The notes under the pieces are model-generated. The model ran no database searches. It saw only the letters and a program-made list of their open reading frames with translations, and was not told where the DNA came from. A DNA stretch of 64,000 nucleotides from Spirochaetota bacterium (lineage in GTDB: Bacteria; Spirochaetota; UBA4802; UBA5550): assembly GCA_963664815.2 (NCBI GenBank), contig CAXXHB010000003.1, forward strand, positions 1,504,001 through 1,568,000, written 5' to 3'. Positions 1 through 10,357 of the stretch are shown piece after piece (positions within the stretch are counted from its first letter, which is position 1; each line of letters opens with the position of its first letter). Made by a program: the position numbers and the translations under genes.

Positions 1-104
1 ATGCCCGGTCCGTATCCGCACATTCCCTGATTGCCCCCCCAGGCTAAAAGCATTGTGGGAAGGGTCAGCGATAATGCTGTAAGTGCTATAATTTTACCTT
101 TCAT
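1..104 (-). CDS. Exported protein, 3' end beyond the window edge; N-terminus resembles the neighbouring 177..584 gene
   Basis: Manual translation MKGKIIALTALSLTLPTMLLAWGGNQGMCGYGPG; AGGAGA RBS at about 111-116; signal peptide followed by AWGG as in 177..584. Confidence 0.75.
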   Translation of the reverse strand, partial: MKGKIIALTALSLTLPTMLLAWGGNQGMCGYGPG

Positions 105-176
105 TTAATTTCTCCTGTTCATAATTAATGGCTCTATTCATAGAATTCTTCTTCATATATAAATCCATGTTCTATG

Positions 177-584
177 CTACCTCCAGGGGCAGAATCCGTA
201 TTTTCTCCCATCCCTGTCTTTGCTGAATTCATCCAGCTTTTTCTTCTGGTCAGCTGTGAGTACACTCTCTACAGCTTTTTTATGCTCGGCCCTTAAAGAA
301 CTGATTTTGTCGGCATTGTCACGGTTTTTAAAGAACTTTGAGCTGTAGTCGGAATCGATCTTAATGATTTTATCTATCTGATCGTCGCTGAGTCCTGCTT
401 TTTCTTTCAGGAAAACAAGATGACCGTAACCATGCATGCCGTAACCCATCATATAACCCTGACCGTTCTTCTCTGTATTATTCCCTCCGCAGCATCCATT
501 TCCTGAACCACCCCATGCATAGAGTGAATTAGCTCCCAGAGCGATAACTGAACCGATTGCCAGACCGATTAACAATTTTTTCAT
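177..584 (-). CDS. Spy/CpxP-like (LTXXQ motif) periplasmic protein
   Basis: Signal peptide, Gly/Met/His-rich stretch, LSDDQ and LTADQKKKL motifs. Confidence 0.65.
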   Translation of the reverse strand: MKKLLIGLAIGSVIALGANSLYAWGGSGNGCCGGNNTEKNGQGYMMGYGMHGYGHLVFLKEKAGLSDDQIDKIIKIDSDYSSKFFKNRDNADKISSLRAEHKKAVESVLTADQKKKLDEFSKDRDGRKYGFCPWR

Positions 585-728
585 AATTTAACCTCTTGTT
601 TAATTTTTAAATATTAGACCCCTTGCCGGGGCATAAAGTTCCATTTATTTAGAAAATAATTAAATACTTTATTGATTTAGTGGCTAATTGTTATATTTAA
701 AAGACAATGTTAATTCGTTAATGTAAGA

Positions 729-805
729 TTTAGTGTAAAAAAACACTATATCTCCCGGCCACCGAAGGCGGCCGGGAGATATAGTGTTTTTTTATTATAA
801 AAGAT
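729..805 (+). repeat. Dispersed hairpin repeat, copy A (about 25-bp inverted repeat with ccGAAgg apex)
   Basis: TTAGTGTAAAAAAACACTATATCTCCCGGCC-ACCGAAGGC-GGCCGGGAGATATAGTGTTTTTTTA; shares flanks with copies at 7167 and 13107. Confidence 0.75.
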
Positions 806-925
806 TATGAATTATTACTGTTTATAAAAAAAAATTATTAATCACTTTTAATTGTAAGTAATCTTAATTCAATATTACTTATGAGTGTATGAGGTATATA
901 ATGTATCAATGGTGCTTTATATTTC

Positions 926-952
926 TAAATAATAAATTTTTTCTGCCGAAAA
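926..952 (+). promoter_or_regulatory. Putative sigma28 (FliA) promoter
   Basis: TAAA(926-929)-N15-GCCGAAAA(945-952), 40 nt upstream of a flagellar-assembly gene. Confidence 0.55.
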
Positions 953-991
953 TATAATGATGGTCTATTTTTGTTTCATTAAGAGAATTTT

Positions 992-2722
992 ATGAGAAAG
1001 TTAATACTATATTTTGATCCTTCAGTTCAGGCAATACTTGTAAAGAAAACCGCAGAAGATGGAGAGACTAAGGTTGTTCTCTCATCAAGGCATAATTTTG
1101 TTTCTGAAAATGAAATAGTAGCACGTATAGTGGATATTAAAACCGATGAAGATCCGGCATCATATATCGATGAAGGTTATGATTATCATAATGTTGTGGA
1201 TTATTTTAATTTTTCAACGGGAGCAGGTATTCATTTTGACGAAGTTTCAAAGTCATACAGGGCATCATATTATGGCTTTGCAGTACTGAAAGATGCCAGG
1301 ATTTCATTGCTGTCCCCGCTTGTTCTGTCGAAGGATAAGACGAAAGCCTATTATAATATTCTCCCTACAAGATTCGGAAATTTCCCTTCTTATAACGAAA
1401 TAGTGGAGATTCTGCATGCTGAAAAAATAATATCTGTTATAACACGTGAAAAATATGAAAAACAGATTTCTGAAATTGATCTGAATCATCCTCATATGAC
1501 AAGAGTTGTAGTAGCTGAAGGGAGAGAACCGGTAAACGGTTATGATGAGTATTTTGAGCCGTTGCTGAGTTTTGAAAAGCAGGCGGGCAGAATTATGTCT
1601 AATGGACGTATAGATTATAAAGAGGTGGGATCAATCATCCAGGTACAGAAGAATCAGGAGATTCTTCAGTCAATACCGGCGGTAAAACCTGAGGACGGAT
1701 ATGATATTTTTGGCGATAAGGTTATGGCTGTAAAAGTTGATAAGAAGGGATTAAAAAAAGGTGAAAACCTTCTTCAGTCAGGTTTTGATCTGTCAATATA
1801 CCTTGCCGGGATTGATGGATGTATAAATATAGAAAATGGAAAAGTAAGTGTTCTTCCCGTAGCAGTGATAAACGGCGATGTGGGGCTGGATTCCGGCAAT
1901 ATAATATTTAACGGAACTGTTCATGTTACAGGATCAGTGCTTCCGGGATTCAGGGTTCAGGCTGACATGGATATTATTGTGGACAGGGATGTAGAGGATG
2001 CTCAGCTCAGGGCCGGTGGAGATATAACGGTAAAACTCGGAGTTGTAGGGAAAGAGGCTGTTAAACTCGTTGCTAAGGGTAATATCACCGCTAAGTTTAT
2101 GCAGAACGCAAAGATTGAGGCTGGAAAAAGCGTTACAGTGGATGATTCAATAATAAACTGTGATATTATTTCATATGACACTGTTACTGTCACAAGTAAA
2201 AGCGGGAAAATTATCGGGGGAAAAGTAGCAGCTCTTTACGAGATCAAGGCACAGACTATAGGAACTCAGACAGAAACAGCAACATCGCTTACAACGGGTA
2301 GAAATTTTATACTGGAAGACCAGATAAATAAAAAACGTACTGAAATAATAATGGTAAAACAGAGAGTTGAAGAGATTAATACAACAATTAAGATGCAGTT
2401 TGGCGAAGAGATATTCAAAAATCCGAAGGAATATATTAAAATACTTCCTCCTGTGAAAAAGAAAAACTGCCTGATACTTTTAAATGACCTTGGAAACGCC
2501 AATGCTGTTATGAAAAAACTTTCAGAGGAAGCTAAAGCAATAGAGGAAAAAATGAAATTTGAAAAGGAACCTGTTATCATTGCGACAAACAGGGTTTATC
2601 CCGGAGTAGTAATAAATATCAAAAAAAGTGTTAAAAAAATTGATCGTGCTATCGAGAATGTGAAATTCTTTGAGGATCAGCTTGATAAAACGGTAAGATT
2701 TGTTGCGGCAAATCAGGTCTGA
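992..2722 (+). CDS. FapA/DUF342 family flagellar assembly protein
   Basis: VVAEGREPVNGYD, GRIDYKE, INGDVGLDSGNIIFNG beta-solenoid, IIGG, VYPGV and C-terminal coiled coil. Confidence 0.85.
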   Translation: MRKLILYFDPSVQAILVKKTAEDGETKVVLSSRHNFVSENEIVARIVDIKTDEDPASYIDEGYDYHNVVDYFNFSTGAGIHFDEVSKSYRASYYGFAVLKDARISLLSPLVLSKDKTKAYYNILPTRFGNFPSYNEIVEILHAEKIISVITREKYEKQISEIDLNHPHMTRVVVAEGREPVNGYDEYFEPLLSFEKQAGRIMSNGRIDYKEVGSIIQVQKNQEILQSIPAVKPEDGYDIFGDKVMAVKVDKKGLKKGENLLQSGFDLSIYLAGIDGCINIENGKVSVLPVAVINGDVGLDSGNIIFNGTVHVTGSVLPGFRVQADMDIIVDRDVEDAQLRAGGDITVKLGVVGKEAVKLVAKGNITAKFMQNAKIEAGKSVTVDDSIINCDIISYDTVTVTSKSGKIIGGKVAALYEIKAQTIGTQTETATSLTTGRNFILEDQINKKRTEIIMVKQRVEEINTTIKMQFGEEIFKNPKEYIKILPPVKKKNCLILLNDLGNANAVMKKLSEEAKAIEEKMKFEKEPVIIATNRVYPGVVINIKKSVKKIDRAIENVKFFEDQLDKTVRFVAANQV

Positions 2723-2946
2723 TACAATTATATCATGGTTGAAGGCCCGGATTTATTAATGAACCGGAGATTTAAGTTAAGTAATTGAATATTCAATTCG
2801 GCTCTTTATATACAGGTTAAATCCATATCTTCTCTATATTTTTAAAATATAATACTATAGAATTATTGACATAACAGCTCTGTTAATGTTTATGTATCGG
2901 GTTGCCTGATTCAGGCAGTATTTATTTTATTAATTGGAGAACAGTT

Positions 2947-3108
2947 ATGAGCATGCCCGGAATTGGTGAATTACTAATAATATTTATGATAGTTCTTGTG
3001 CTTTTCGGTGCAGGAAAAATCCCTAAAATTGCAAAGGATATGGGAAGCGGGATAAGAGAGTTTAAAAAAGCGATGTCCGGCGAAACGGATAAAGATAAAG
3101 AAGCATAA
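2947..3108 (+). CDS. tatA: Twin-arginine translocase TatA/E subunit
   Basis: GIGELLII...[25 protein letters not shown]; GGAGA RBS favours ATG 2947. Confidence 0.9.
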   Translation: MSMPGIGELLIIFMIVLVLFGAGKIPKIAKDMGSGIREFKKAMSGETDKDKEA

Positions 3109-3230
3109 TCAAGATTAATAACTGATGCTATAGCATAATGAATACGTAAAGAAAATGCTGATATTTTCTGAAAACAGCAGAACATCCATAAAGAATAATG
3201 CCGGTCTGAAAGGCTTCAGGTTACATTACT

Positions 3231-3941
3231 ATGAGCATCTCTGAAGAAATATATTCCATTCTGTTGAGTTCTTACGGCAGGCAGGGCTGGTGGCCGGTTG
3301 TCAGCAATAGAACAGGGATCAGTGAATATGGAACAGGTGCCCCGCTTGACGACAGTGACAGATTTGAAATTATAATAGGGGCAATACTAACTCAGAATGT
3401 CGCATGGAAAAATGTTGAAAAGGCGCTGAAATCTCTGAAAAAAAATAAACTGGTCTCTCCGGAAAAACTTCATAAAACCCGGGATCAGGTTATTGCAGAA
3501 TGCATCAGGCCTACAGGTTATTATAACCAGAAAACAATCAAAATAAAGAATTTTCTTAACTGGTTTGCCGGAATGAACTATTCATTTGATGAGTTGAAAA
3601 AAATGAAAACCGGAACTTTGAGAGATCGGCTGCTTGATATAAATGGTATCGGGCCTGAGACTGCAGATTCAATTTTACTTTATGCAATGAACAGGAAAAT
3701 TTTCGTAATAGATGCATATACAAAGAGAATTTTTTCCAGATTAAATCTTATATCATCCGGCGACAGCTACGATACTGTGCAGAAATTTTTTCACGCTGAA
3801 TACAACGGAACTATCAGGAAATACAATGAGTACCATGCATTGATTGTTGCTCATGGAAAGGATATATGTAAAAATAAACCTCTTTGCGAAGGATGCTGTA
3901 TTTCACATTTCTGTTCCTTTAAAAATCAGGCTGCAGGGTGA
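3231..3941 (+). CDS. Endonuclease III-related HhH-GPD DNA glycosylase with [4Fe-4S] cluster
   Basis: QGWWP, GAILTQN, GIGPETADSILLY, VIDAYTKR, C-X6-C-X2-C-X5-C. Confidence 0.9.
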   Translation: MSISEEIYSILLSSYGRQGWWPVVSNRTGISEYGTGAPLDDSDRFEIIIGAILTQNVAWKNVEKALKSLKKNKLVSPEKLHKTRDQVIAECIRPTGYYNQKTIKIKNFLNWFAGMNYSFDELKKMKTGTLRDRLLDINGIGPETADSILLYAMNRKIFVIDAYTKRIFSRLNLISSGDSYDTVQKFFHAEYNGTIRKYNEYHALIVAHGKDICKNKPLCEGCCISHFCSFKNQAAG

Positions 3942-4074
3942 TTCCCGGAAAACCTCATTTAAAATTTAAGATAACCTGTGCATAGTTTTATGCTACTACC
4001 GGCATCATATAATTACCAAAGATCTTTTACAGTTATAATACTGAATTAATTTATCTTGACAGTTATACCTGAGA

Positions 4075-5379
4075 ATGAGGTATCGTAAAAACCAAGCCGG
4101 AGATAAAACAGGATTGCTGATGGGTAGAGAAAGAGACTTCAATAATTCAAACATAAAAGAAAACAAAGAACTGGTCTCTTATGTTCAGAGGCTTGAGCGT
4201 GAAACAAAAATCAGGTTCAGCGGTCCGGAACCGCTTGCGAAGATGAAATATGAAGATGAACTTCGTTCCAAGGACAGGGCATTTTCATCATACTGGAACG
4301 ACATAACAGGCAAATGTTCCGCCGGAGTAATAATACCTTCTCCGATGCCGAGAAAATACCGGACAACAACCAAGAGGCGCATACACATTTCCCAGAGAGG
4401 TTTACTCCTTAGCTCGGATGAATCATTAAAAACGGATAAACCCTCACTCCTTGAACCGGACTCTCATTATGATATTTACAGGATACTTGCGGAGCTGCTG
4501 AATACCCAGATTAATAAAACTATTTCGAAGTACCTGAACTTTGTGATAATTCGCGGCGATTATGAAACCCATACGATAATATTTAATGTAAAGAGAATAA
4601 ACGCTGATGTGGTGAAAGGTTTCACTAAAATCTCCGGGAAATTAAAAGAACAGGTAACCAGGATTAACAGTGCTTTCTTATTTCACGATCCTGACGGTTC
4701 CAAATATTACCTGAATGCATCTTCCGAGGTCGACGGGCTGAGACTTAAAAGGCTTTTCGGAAACAGGATGATAACTCTTCGTGCAGGAGGAATTACATAT
4801 AAGTATTCTCCCGATGGTTTTTCACAGGTAAATCTTTCAATTTGCGGGGCTATGCTTGAAACAGCCGGTTCACTGCTCTCGCACAGGGATGGAGGGAGAC
4901 TTCTTGATCTTTATTCCGGTTACGGTTTTTTCTCCTGCTATCTTGCTCAGGACTTCAATGAAATAACAGGAATGGATTTTTCGGAGTCGTCGATTGATTC
5001 TGCAAGAGAAAACATGAAGATGCTGAAGCCATCTGCAAAGTGGACCTTTCATTCGAAGAAGATAGATGTACGTTCATTGAGGGATTCGCTCCCTGAACCG
5101 GGGATAGAGGAATACATAATTCTTGATCCGCCGAGAAACGGGACAGCGCCCGGCGTGATAGAAACAATTGCCGGAAGAAATCCTGAACTTGTCCTGCATA
5201 TTTTCTGCGGGGTTGAGACAATTCCTGACGGGATAAATTCCTGGAGGAATTCAGGGTATGATCCGGTTAAGTGCATACCTCTTGACATGTTTCCCGGCAC
5301 ACCTGACGTTGAGGTAATGGTGCTTCTTGAGAAGGTTCAGTCCTTAAAAACATCGTCACGTTCAAAATCGGGGAGATAG
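4075..5379 (+). CDS. RlmD/TrmA family RNA m5U methyltransferase (start may be ATG 4120)
   Basis: FSQVN, LDLYSGYG, LDPPRNG, catalytic Cys in HIFCG, DMFPGTPDVE. Confidence 0.85.
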   Translation: MRYRKNQAGDKTGLLMGRERDFNNSNIKENKELVSYVQRLERETKIRFSGPEPLAKMKYEDELRSKDRAFSSYWNDITGKCSAGVIIPSPMPRKYRTTTKRRIHISQRGLLLSSDESLKTDKPSLLEPDSHYDIYRILAELLNTQINKTISKYLNFVIIRGDYETHTIIFNVKRINADVVKGFTKISGKLKEQVTRINSAFLFHDPDGSKYYLNASSEVDGLRLKRLFGNRMITLRAGGITYKYSPDGFSQVNLSICGAMLETAGSLLSHRDGGRLLDLYSGYGFFSCYLAQDFNEITGMDFSESSIDSARENMKMLKPSAKWTFHSKKIDVRSLRDSLPEPGIEEYIILDPPRNGTAPGVIETIAGRNPELVLHIFCGVETIPDGINSWRNSGYDPVKCIPLDMFPGTPDVEVMVLLEKVQSLKTSSRSKSGR

Positions 5380-6254
5380 GATATGTGACTGCCCATCTCC
5401 TGTAACATGAGATTTGTAAATCCGAGGATACAGGCGTAATCCGCAACTCTTTCATACTCTTCTGCGGATAATGTTCTGTTCAGCTCAGGATATTCCCTGT
5501 CTGAGTTCAGAGAAAATGGATGGTACTGGGACATCAGCGATATGTTTATCCGCCGGTCGACTGATTCGAGAAAGTCCAGCACCTGCAGCGAACTTTCAAT
5601 ATGCCCGGGAATCACAAGATGCCTCACTGCAATGCCTTTATATGCAAGGCCGTTATGGTCAGTCTGAAGAAGACCTGCCTGGCTGAACATTTTTTTTATG
5701 CATTCCTTTCCGTGCGTATACAGCCCAGGAGCATCTGAGAGTTTCCTTCCGGTTACATCATCTCCGTACTTTATATCCGGGAGATAGATATCGATCAGGC
5801 CTGCAAGCGAATCTACTGTCTCGGGGGAATCATAGCCATGAGTGTTATAGACAAAGGGGAGCGTGAAACCTGAATTTTTCGCCTTTATAACAGCCTCACG
5901 TATCTGAGGAACATAGGGAGTGGGAGATACAAAATTTATATTGGACGCTCCCATCCTTTCAAGCTCCCGGAATATATCAAGGAGTCTCTCTGCGGAAGCT
6001 GTTTCCACAACATCAGCTCTGTCAGCAGTTCTCCATCTGCTGATCTGAAAGTTCTGGCAGAACCGGCAGCGCAGAGTGCATCCGGCGAAGAATATTGTAC
6101 CTGATCCATGCTTTCCAGTAAGGAAAGGCTCCTCGCCACTGTGCAGCCCGTAGTGCGAAACGTATGTTTTATCATCAATGCCGCATCTTCCGGTCTGGAT
6201 ACTACGGTCAACTCCGCACCGGAAATTACATAAATTACATCTGTTGGCTGACAG
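5337..6254 (-). CDS. PflX-like radical SAM protein; probable CTG start at 6254
   Basis: Frame is open from 6260. N-terminal CNLCNFRCGVDR..GRCG, HSGEEP, GSGTIFF and CTLRCRFCQN lie upstream of the track's GTG at 6008; NINFVSPT, DIYLPDIKY, RHLVIPG. Confidence 0.85.
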   Translation of the reverse strand: MSANRCNLCNFRCGVDRSIQTGRCGIDDKTYVSHYGLHSGEEPFLTGKHGSGTIFFAGCTLRCRFCQNFQISRWRTADRADVVETASAERLLDIFRELERMGASNINFVSPTPYVPQIREAVIKAKNSGFTLPFVYNTHGYDSPETVDSLAGLIDIYLPDIKYGDDVTGRKLSDAPGLYTHGKECIKKMFSQAGLLQTDHNGLAYKGIAVRHLVIPGHIESSLQVLDFLESVDRRINISLMSQYHPFSLNSDREYPELNRTLSAEEYERVADYACILGFTNLMLQEMGSHISYLPDFERDDVFKD

Positions 6255-6255
6255 C

Positions 6256-7089
6256 TTATTTTACCTTTATTTTTATTCTTTTCTGTACTACATAACCGCC
6301 GTTAGGCCAGTCGTAATATACTCTCACTTCATAATCACCCGGTTCGGCAATTTTAAATGTATAGCTCCCCGATTTCTGCCCGTATGTATAAAACCAGTCC
6401 CCGTAAACTGTGTCAGGTTCAGATTCCTTAACAAGCGTTATCCAGTCATTCTGGTTTCCGGGAAGGTCTGAATATGTAATTGTTATATGTTCTGTTTTTG
6501 AATATATTTTCTTGTTAAGCCTGATTTCGGCCATTCTGTCCTTAATGTCTTCAATTATCTCATTGCCCTGCTGATTATTACCGGTGTTATCCTCTGCTGA
6601 AATGCCGGTTGTAAGTTTTTCATCTGTTGAAGCGAGGATAATCCCCTTTTCACTCTGGATCACCCTGGCGATGAACTCCACTTCTTTATCTGTTACATGA
6701 ATAGTACCTATGACAACTGCGTCAACTGCAAGTATCCTGCCGATCTTTGCAGCAGTACCGGCATCTATTGTACCTGTCATGGAGAGGCTCTGCTCTTTCA
6801 GAATCTGGTCAATTCTCGAACGTTCAATCACTGTGAGATCACCTTTTTTAACAATGTAATGTGTCAGTTTTTCTGTGGCGAATTTACCATAACTGTCATC
6901 TTTTCTGCCGATTACTTCAAATCCGTAAATTGCAATTGTTTTATTCTGAAGTTTGTTTTCGACTTTTGACAATGTTTCAGCCATTTTTTCATATATTTTA
7001 TCTGCATCCGAACTTTCTTTTCCCGTAACAGGAATAAGGGAGATAGCGAACCATATAGTAACAAAAAGCATTTTCATATATTTCATCAT
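6256..7089 (-). CDS. Exported CsgG/FlgO-like (TolB-N-like) domain protein with C-terminal Ig-like domain
   Basis: Signal peptide; VIERSRIDQILKEQ..TGTIDAGTAAKIGRILAVDAVVIGTI; PGDYEVRVYY. Confidence 0.75.
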   Translation of the reverse strand: MMKYMKMLFVTIWFAISLIPVTGKESSDADKIYEKMAETLSKVENKLQNKTIAIYGFEVIGRKDDSYGKFATEKLTHYIVKKGDLTVIERSRIDQILKEQSLSMTGTIDAGTAAKIGRILAVDAVVIGTIHVTDKEVEFIARVIQSEKGIILASTDEKLTTGISAEDNTGNNQQGNEIIEDIKDRMAEIRLNKKIYSKTEHITITYSDLPGNQNDWITLVKESEPDTVYGDWFYTYGQKSGSYTFKIAEPGDYEVRVYYDWPNGGYVVQKRIKIKVK

Positions 7090-7166
7090 GCCGGTTAACC
7101 CCTTTAACGTTTATTGTATCTGCTTAAGCTGAATTAATAATATCAATGTTATCTCCTGAACATATC

Positions 7167-7236
7167 TTAGTGTAAAATAAATGACTATATCTCTCCATCG
7201 GCTTCTGCAGCAAAGAGTATTTTCTATTGTAAAAAT
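7167..7236 (+). repeat. Dispersed repeat, copy B (eroded hairpin)
   Basis: TTAGTGTAAAATAAATGACTATATCTCT...TTTTCTATTGTAAAAAT; first 18 nt identical to copy C. Confidence 0.65.
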
Positions 7237-7345
7237 ATAAAAAGTTCAGGAATTAGTCTTGAATTAACAGATAACCTGAAATAAATTTAATATGATTCTG
7301 AGTGTACGTCAATTTGTAAATATTAATATTTTATTATATTTCAAA

Positions 7346-7576
7346 CTATTTTAACTTTGTTATTAAACTGAAAATTAATGAAACAATTATACTCAGTATA
7401 ATGCATGTAGTGATCGGGAAATAGAATGAAAAGTTTTCCCTTTTTATATTTATATCACCGGGAAGTTTTCCTATATACTTTAATATCTGGAGTTTTTCTC
7501 CATATATAAAAATAATTCCTGTGATAAGTGCTGCTGTCCCGATGATAATCAGTATTCTCCCAATCTGCTGATTCAT
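7346..7576 (-). CDS. DUF2905 family small membrane protein
   Basis: GKLPGDINIKRENFSFYFPITTCIILS signature between two TM helices. Confidence 0.9.
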   Translation of the reverse strand: MNQQIGRILIIIGTAALITGIIFIYGEKLQILKYIGKLPGDINIKRENFSFYFPITTCIILSIIVSLIFSLITKLK

Positions 7577-7953
7577 GACGTTTATTCCTTCAATTATTTT
7601 CTGGTCTGTTCACCTGTTTCATGTCTGGATTAGCACAGGCTGTGATATTTTAATTTTATAAATATTGAACGTCTGGTGTCGATAATTTTTATATTTATGA
7701 TGATTATTTAATAATTCAGCTTTCCTGATGTAAATATGGTGACTGGAAAATATCTTGAAATTTAGAGACGCTTCTGTGACTTTATCCGGAATGTTTTAAG
7801 TTTCCAGATTTCAACCGGCAGTATGAATTTATGTCAGCAAGGGGGCTGAATATAAAGCACTTCCTGCAGAAAACCCTGGTGTAATTTAAGATTTTTTATT
7901 AAGATTCACTGAAGTTTTTATGGTATTAAAACGAAATCCCGAGAGGTATAGAA

Positions 7954-9651
7954 ATGAGAGTTACAAAATATATCCTTCCTACACTAAAGGAAAATCCTTC
8001 AGATGCAGCTGTTCTCAGCCATAGACTTATGCTGCGCGCCGGGCTGATGCGTAAGGAGTCCGCCGGTATGTATGCTTATCTCCCTTTAGGACTACGGGTT
8101 CTCAGGAAGATAACCGGTATAATCAAAGAGGAGATGGACAGGGCAGGGGCGCATGAATGCCTTATGCCTGAACTCACCAATGCAGACTACTGGAAAGAAT
8201 CCGGAAGATGGAATACAATGGGTCCTGAAATGTTCCGTATTACCGACAGAAACGGGCTTGAATATTCACTTGGTCCGACACATGAAGAGGCTTTTACAAA
8301 TCTGGTGCGCTCGGTAGTTTCATCATACAGGGATTTCCCTCTTAACCTTTACCAGATAAACACCAAATTCAGGGATGAAATAAGACCGAGATTCGGGGTT
8401 ATAAGAAGCAAAGAGTTTATTATGAAAGATGCATATTCATTCGACATCGACCAGAACGGGCTTGATGAATCCTATAATGCCATGGCTTTGGCCTATAGAC
8501 GTATATTTGAAAGGTGCGGCCTTGAAACAATCCCGGTTCAGGCTGATTCGGGAAATATGGGTGGGAGCACTTCAGAGGAATTCATGGTCGCATCTGAGAT
8601 CGGGGAGGAGGTTCTTCTTCTCTGTGAAAAATGCGGATACAGGGCAAACAGCGAAAAAGCTGAATATAAAAGGGCGGATGTAATCAATAAAACTGACGCT
8701 GATGAATTGAAAGAGTTCCATACACCGGGTGTTAAAACAATAGATGACCTTGTAAAATTCTTCAGATGCGAAGATGATATTTTTCTGAAAAGTATAATAT
8801 ATGTGTATGATGGAAAACCATTGATGGTAGTGGTTCCGGGGAGCAGAGAGGTTAATGAACATAAGCTTAAAAACCATACCGGCGCGCTGGAGCTTAATCT
8901 GGCTACTGATGCCGTTGTAGAAGAGGTAACCGGGGCACCATTCGGTTTTGCAGGACCTGTTGGAATTAAGAATACAAGAGTTATTTATGATGTATTGGTT
9001 AAAAATGCGGTCAACGCTGTTACAGGCGCGAACAGGAAAGATTATCACTACACTGGAGTAAACCCTGGAAGGGATTTCATGATAAATGAAGAGGCTGATA
9101 TATCCACTGCAAGAGCCGGTGATGCCTGTCCGAAATGTGGAGCATCAATGTATGAAAAAAAAGGTATTGAGGTAGGTCATATATTCAAGCTTGGGTATAA
9201 ATATACAAAATCCATGAATTTATCAGTTCTTGACGAAAAAGGTGAGACAGTCACCCCGATTATGGGATGTTATGGTATTGGAGTAAACAGAACAATGGCT
9301 GCGGTTGTTGAGCAGAACAATGATGAGAGGGGTATAATCTGGCCTAAAACCGTGGCTCCTTTTCATGTACACCTTGTTGGTATAGCAAAAAGCGAAGAAG
9401 AGACCGCTGCTGTGGATAAAATTTATAATTTACTCCTGGATTCCGGGATAGATGTACTTTTCGATGACAGAAAAACAAGTCCCGGAATAAAGTTTGCAGA
9501 TGCGGATCTTATAGGAATACCTCTCAGGATTACTGCAGGGAAGGGTTTTTTTACCAGCGGTGAACTTGAATTAAAAGAGAGATGCGCTAAAGATATAATC
9601 AATGTTCCAGCGGATAAGCTGGTGGATAAAATCAGAGATTATTATAAATAG
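7954..9651 (+). CDS. proS: Prolyl-tRNA synthetase with INS editing domain
   Basis: LGPTHEE, FRDEIRPRFG, GIEVGHIFKLG, MGCYGIGV, GIKFADADLIGIP. Confidence 0.98.
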   Translation: MRVTKYILPTLKENPSDAAVLSHRLMLRAGLMRKESAGMYAYLPLGLRVLRKITGIIKEEMDRAGAHECLMPELTNADYWKESGRWNTMGPEMFRITDRNGLEYSLGPTHEEAFTNLVRSVVSSYRDFPLNLYQINTKFRDEIRPRFGVIRSKEFIMKDAYSFDIDQNGLDESYNAMALAYRRIFERCGLETIPVQADSGNMGGSTSEEFMVASEIGEEVLLLCEKCGYRANSEKAEYKRADVINKTDADELKEFHTPGVKTIDDLVKFFRCEDDIFLKSIIYVYDGKPLMVVVPGSREVNEHKLKNHTGALELNLATDAVVEEVTGAPFGFAGPVGIKNTRVIYDVLVKNAVNAVTGANRKDYHYTGVNPGRDFMINEEADISTARAGDACPKCGASMYEKKGIEVGHIFKLGYKYTKSMNLSVLDEKGETVTPIMGCYGIGVNRTMAAVVEQNNDERGIIWPKTVAPFHVHLVGIAKSEEETAAVDKIYNLLLDSGIDVLFDDRKTSPGIKFADADLIGIPLRITAGKGFFTSGELELKERCAKDIINVPADKLVDKIRDYYK

Positions 9652-9652
9652 A

Positions 9653-9707
9653 TTAATAAAAGTATATCATCATGATATATATATTGTGGATGATATACTT
9701 TTATTAA
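9653..9707 (+). terminator. Long AT-rich hairpin immediately after proS
   Basis: TTAATAAAAGTATATCATC / GATGATATACTTTTATTAA 19-bp inverted repeat. Confidence 0.65.
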
Positions 9708-10357
9708 GGGTAGTTTTATAATGAATACCGGAAATCCGGACGATAATCTAAAATTAGATATTCAGATTTTAGTAATATTACATTTTCTGTAGCGAATATT
9801 GCTACAAACACGATATTTTTTAATTCCTGAACCCTCTGGTACAGCCATATGGCGTAATCGGTGGGGGGCTTGAATATACTGTTATGGAATTATTTGTGCT
9901 GAATATTTTCTTATTTCAGACAAAACATAATTTATATTGTCAATTATGCCTTCATTTTAAACCATAATGCAGCCTTTAAGTCCCCTTTCGGATTTAGGGG
10001 GTATGGCGCAGGTAAATCTACCAGATGATATACCCGGCAGGCCGGGGTCAATGCGGGAAGTGGGTATAAGTCAGATTTTAATTAAGGAATAAGAGCAAAG
10101 TTGCTTAAAAAACCATCCGTAGTACCGCATTGAAACTATTTAAACTATGAAGAGATGACACTATTTACCAGAAGATAAGATTGATATTTGCCATAAAATA
10201 TTCAGATTATAATCCGGAACATTTTTAACATGGTTTATTTTACTCAATAAAAAAGATTAATATTGACATATAATCTTGCGCTAGTAAATAATGCTAAAGG
10301 ACTTTCTTTAACTTTAGTTAACAAATAAACAAAAAAATCAATTAAGGGAGTATCGTA

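Noticed and set aside
5936-6211. 91-aa minus-strand ORF suggesting a frameshifted radical SAM gene
   Set aside because: The radical SAM motifs are all in the 5337..6008 frame, which is open to 6260; this ORF is an alternate-frame shadow
7600-7950. Possible T-box leader before proS
   Set aside because: No T-box consensus (GGTGG.ACCGCG) and no terminator before the start
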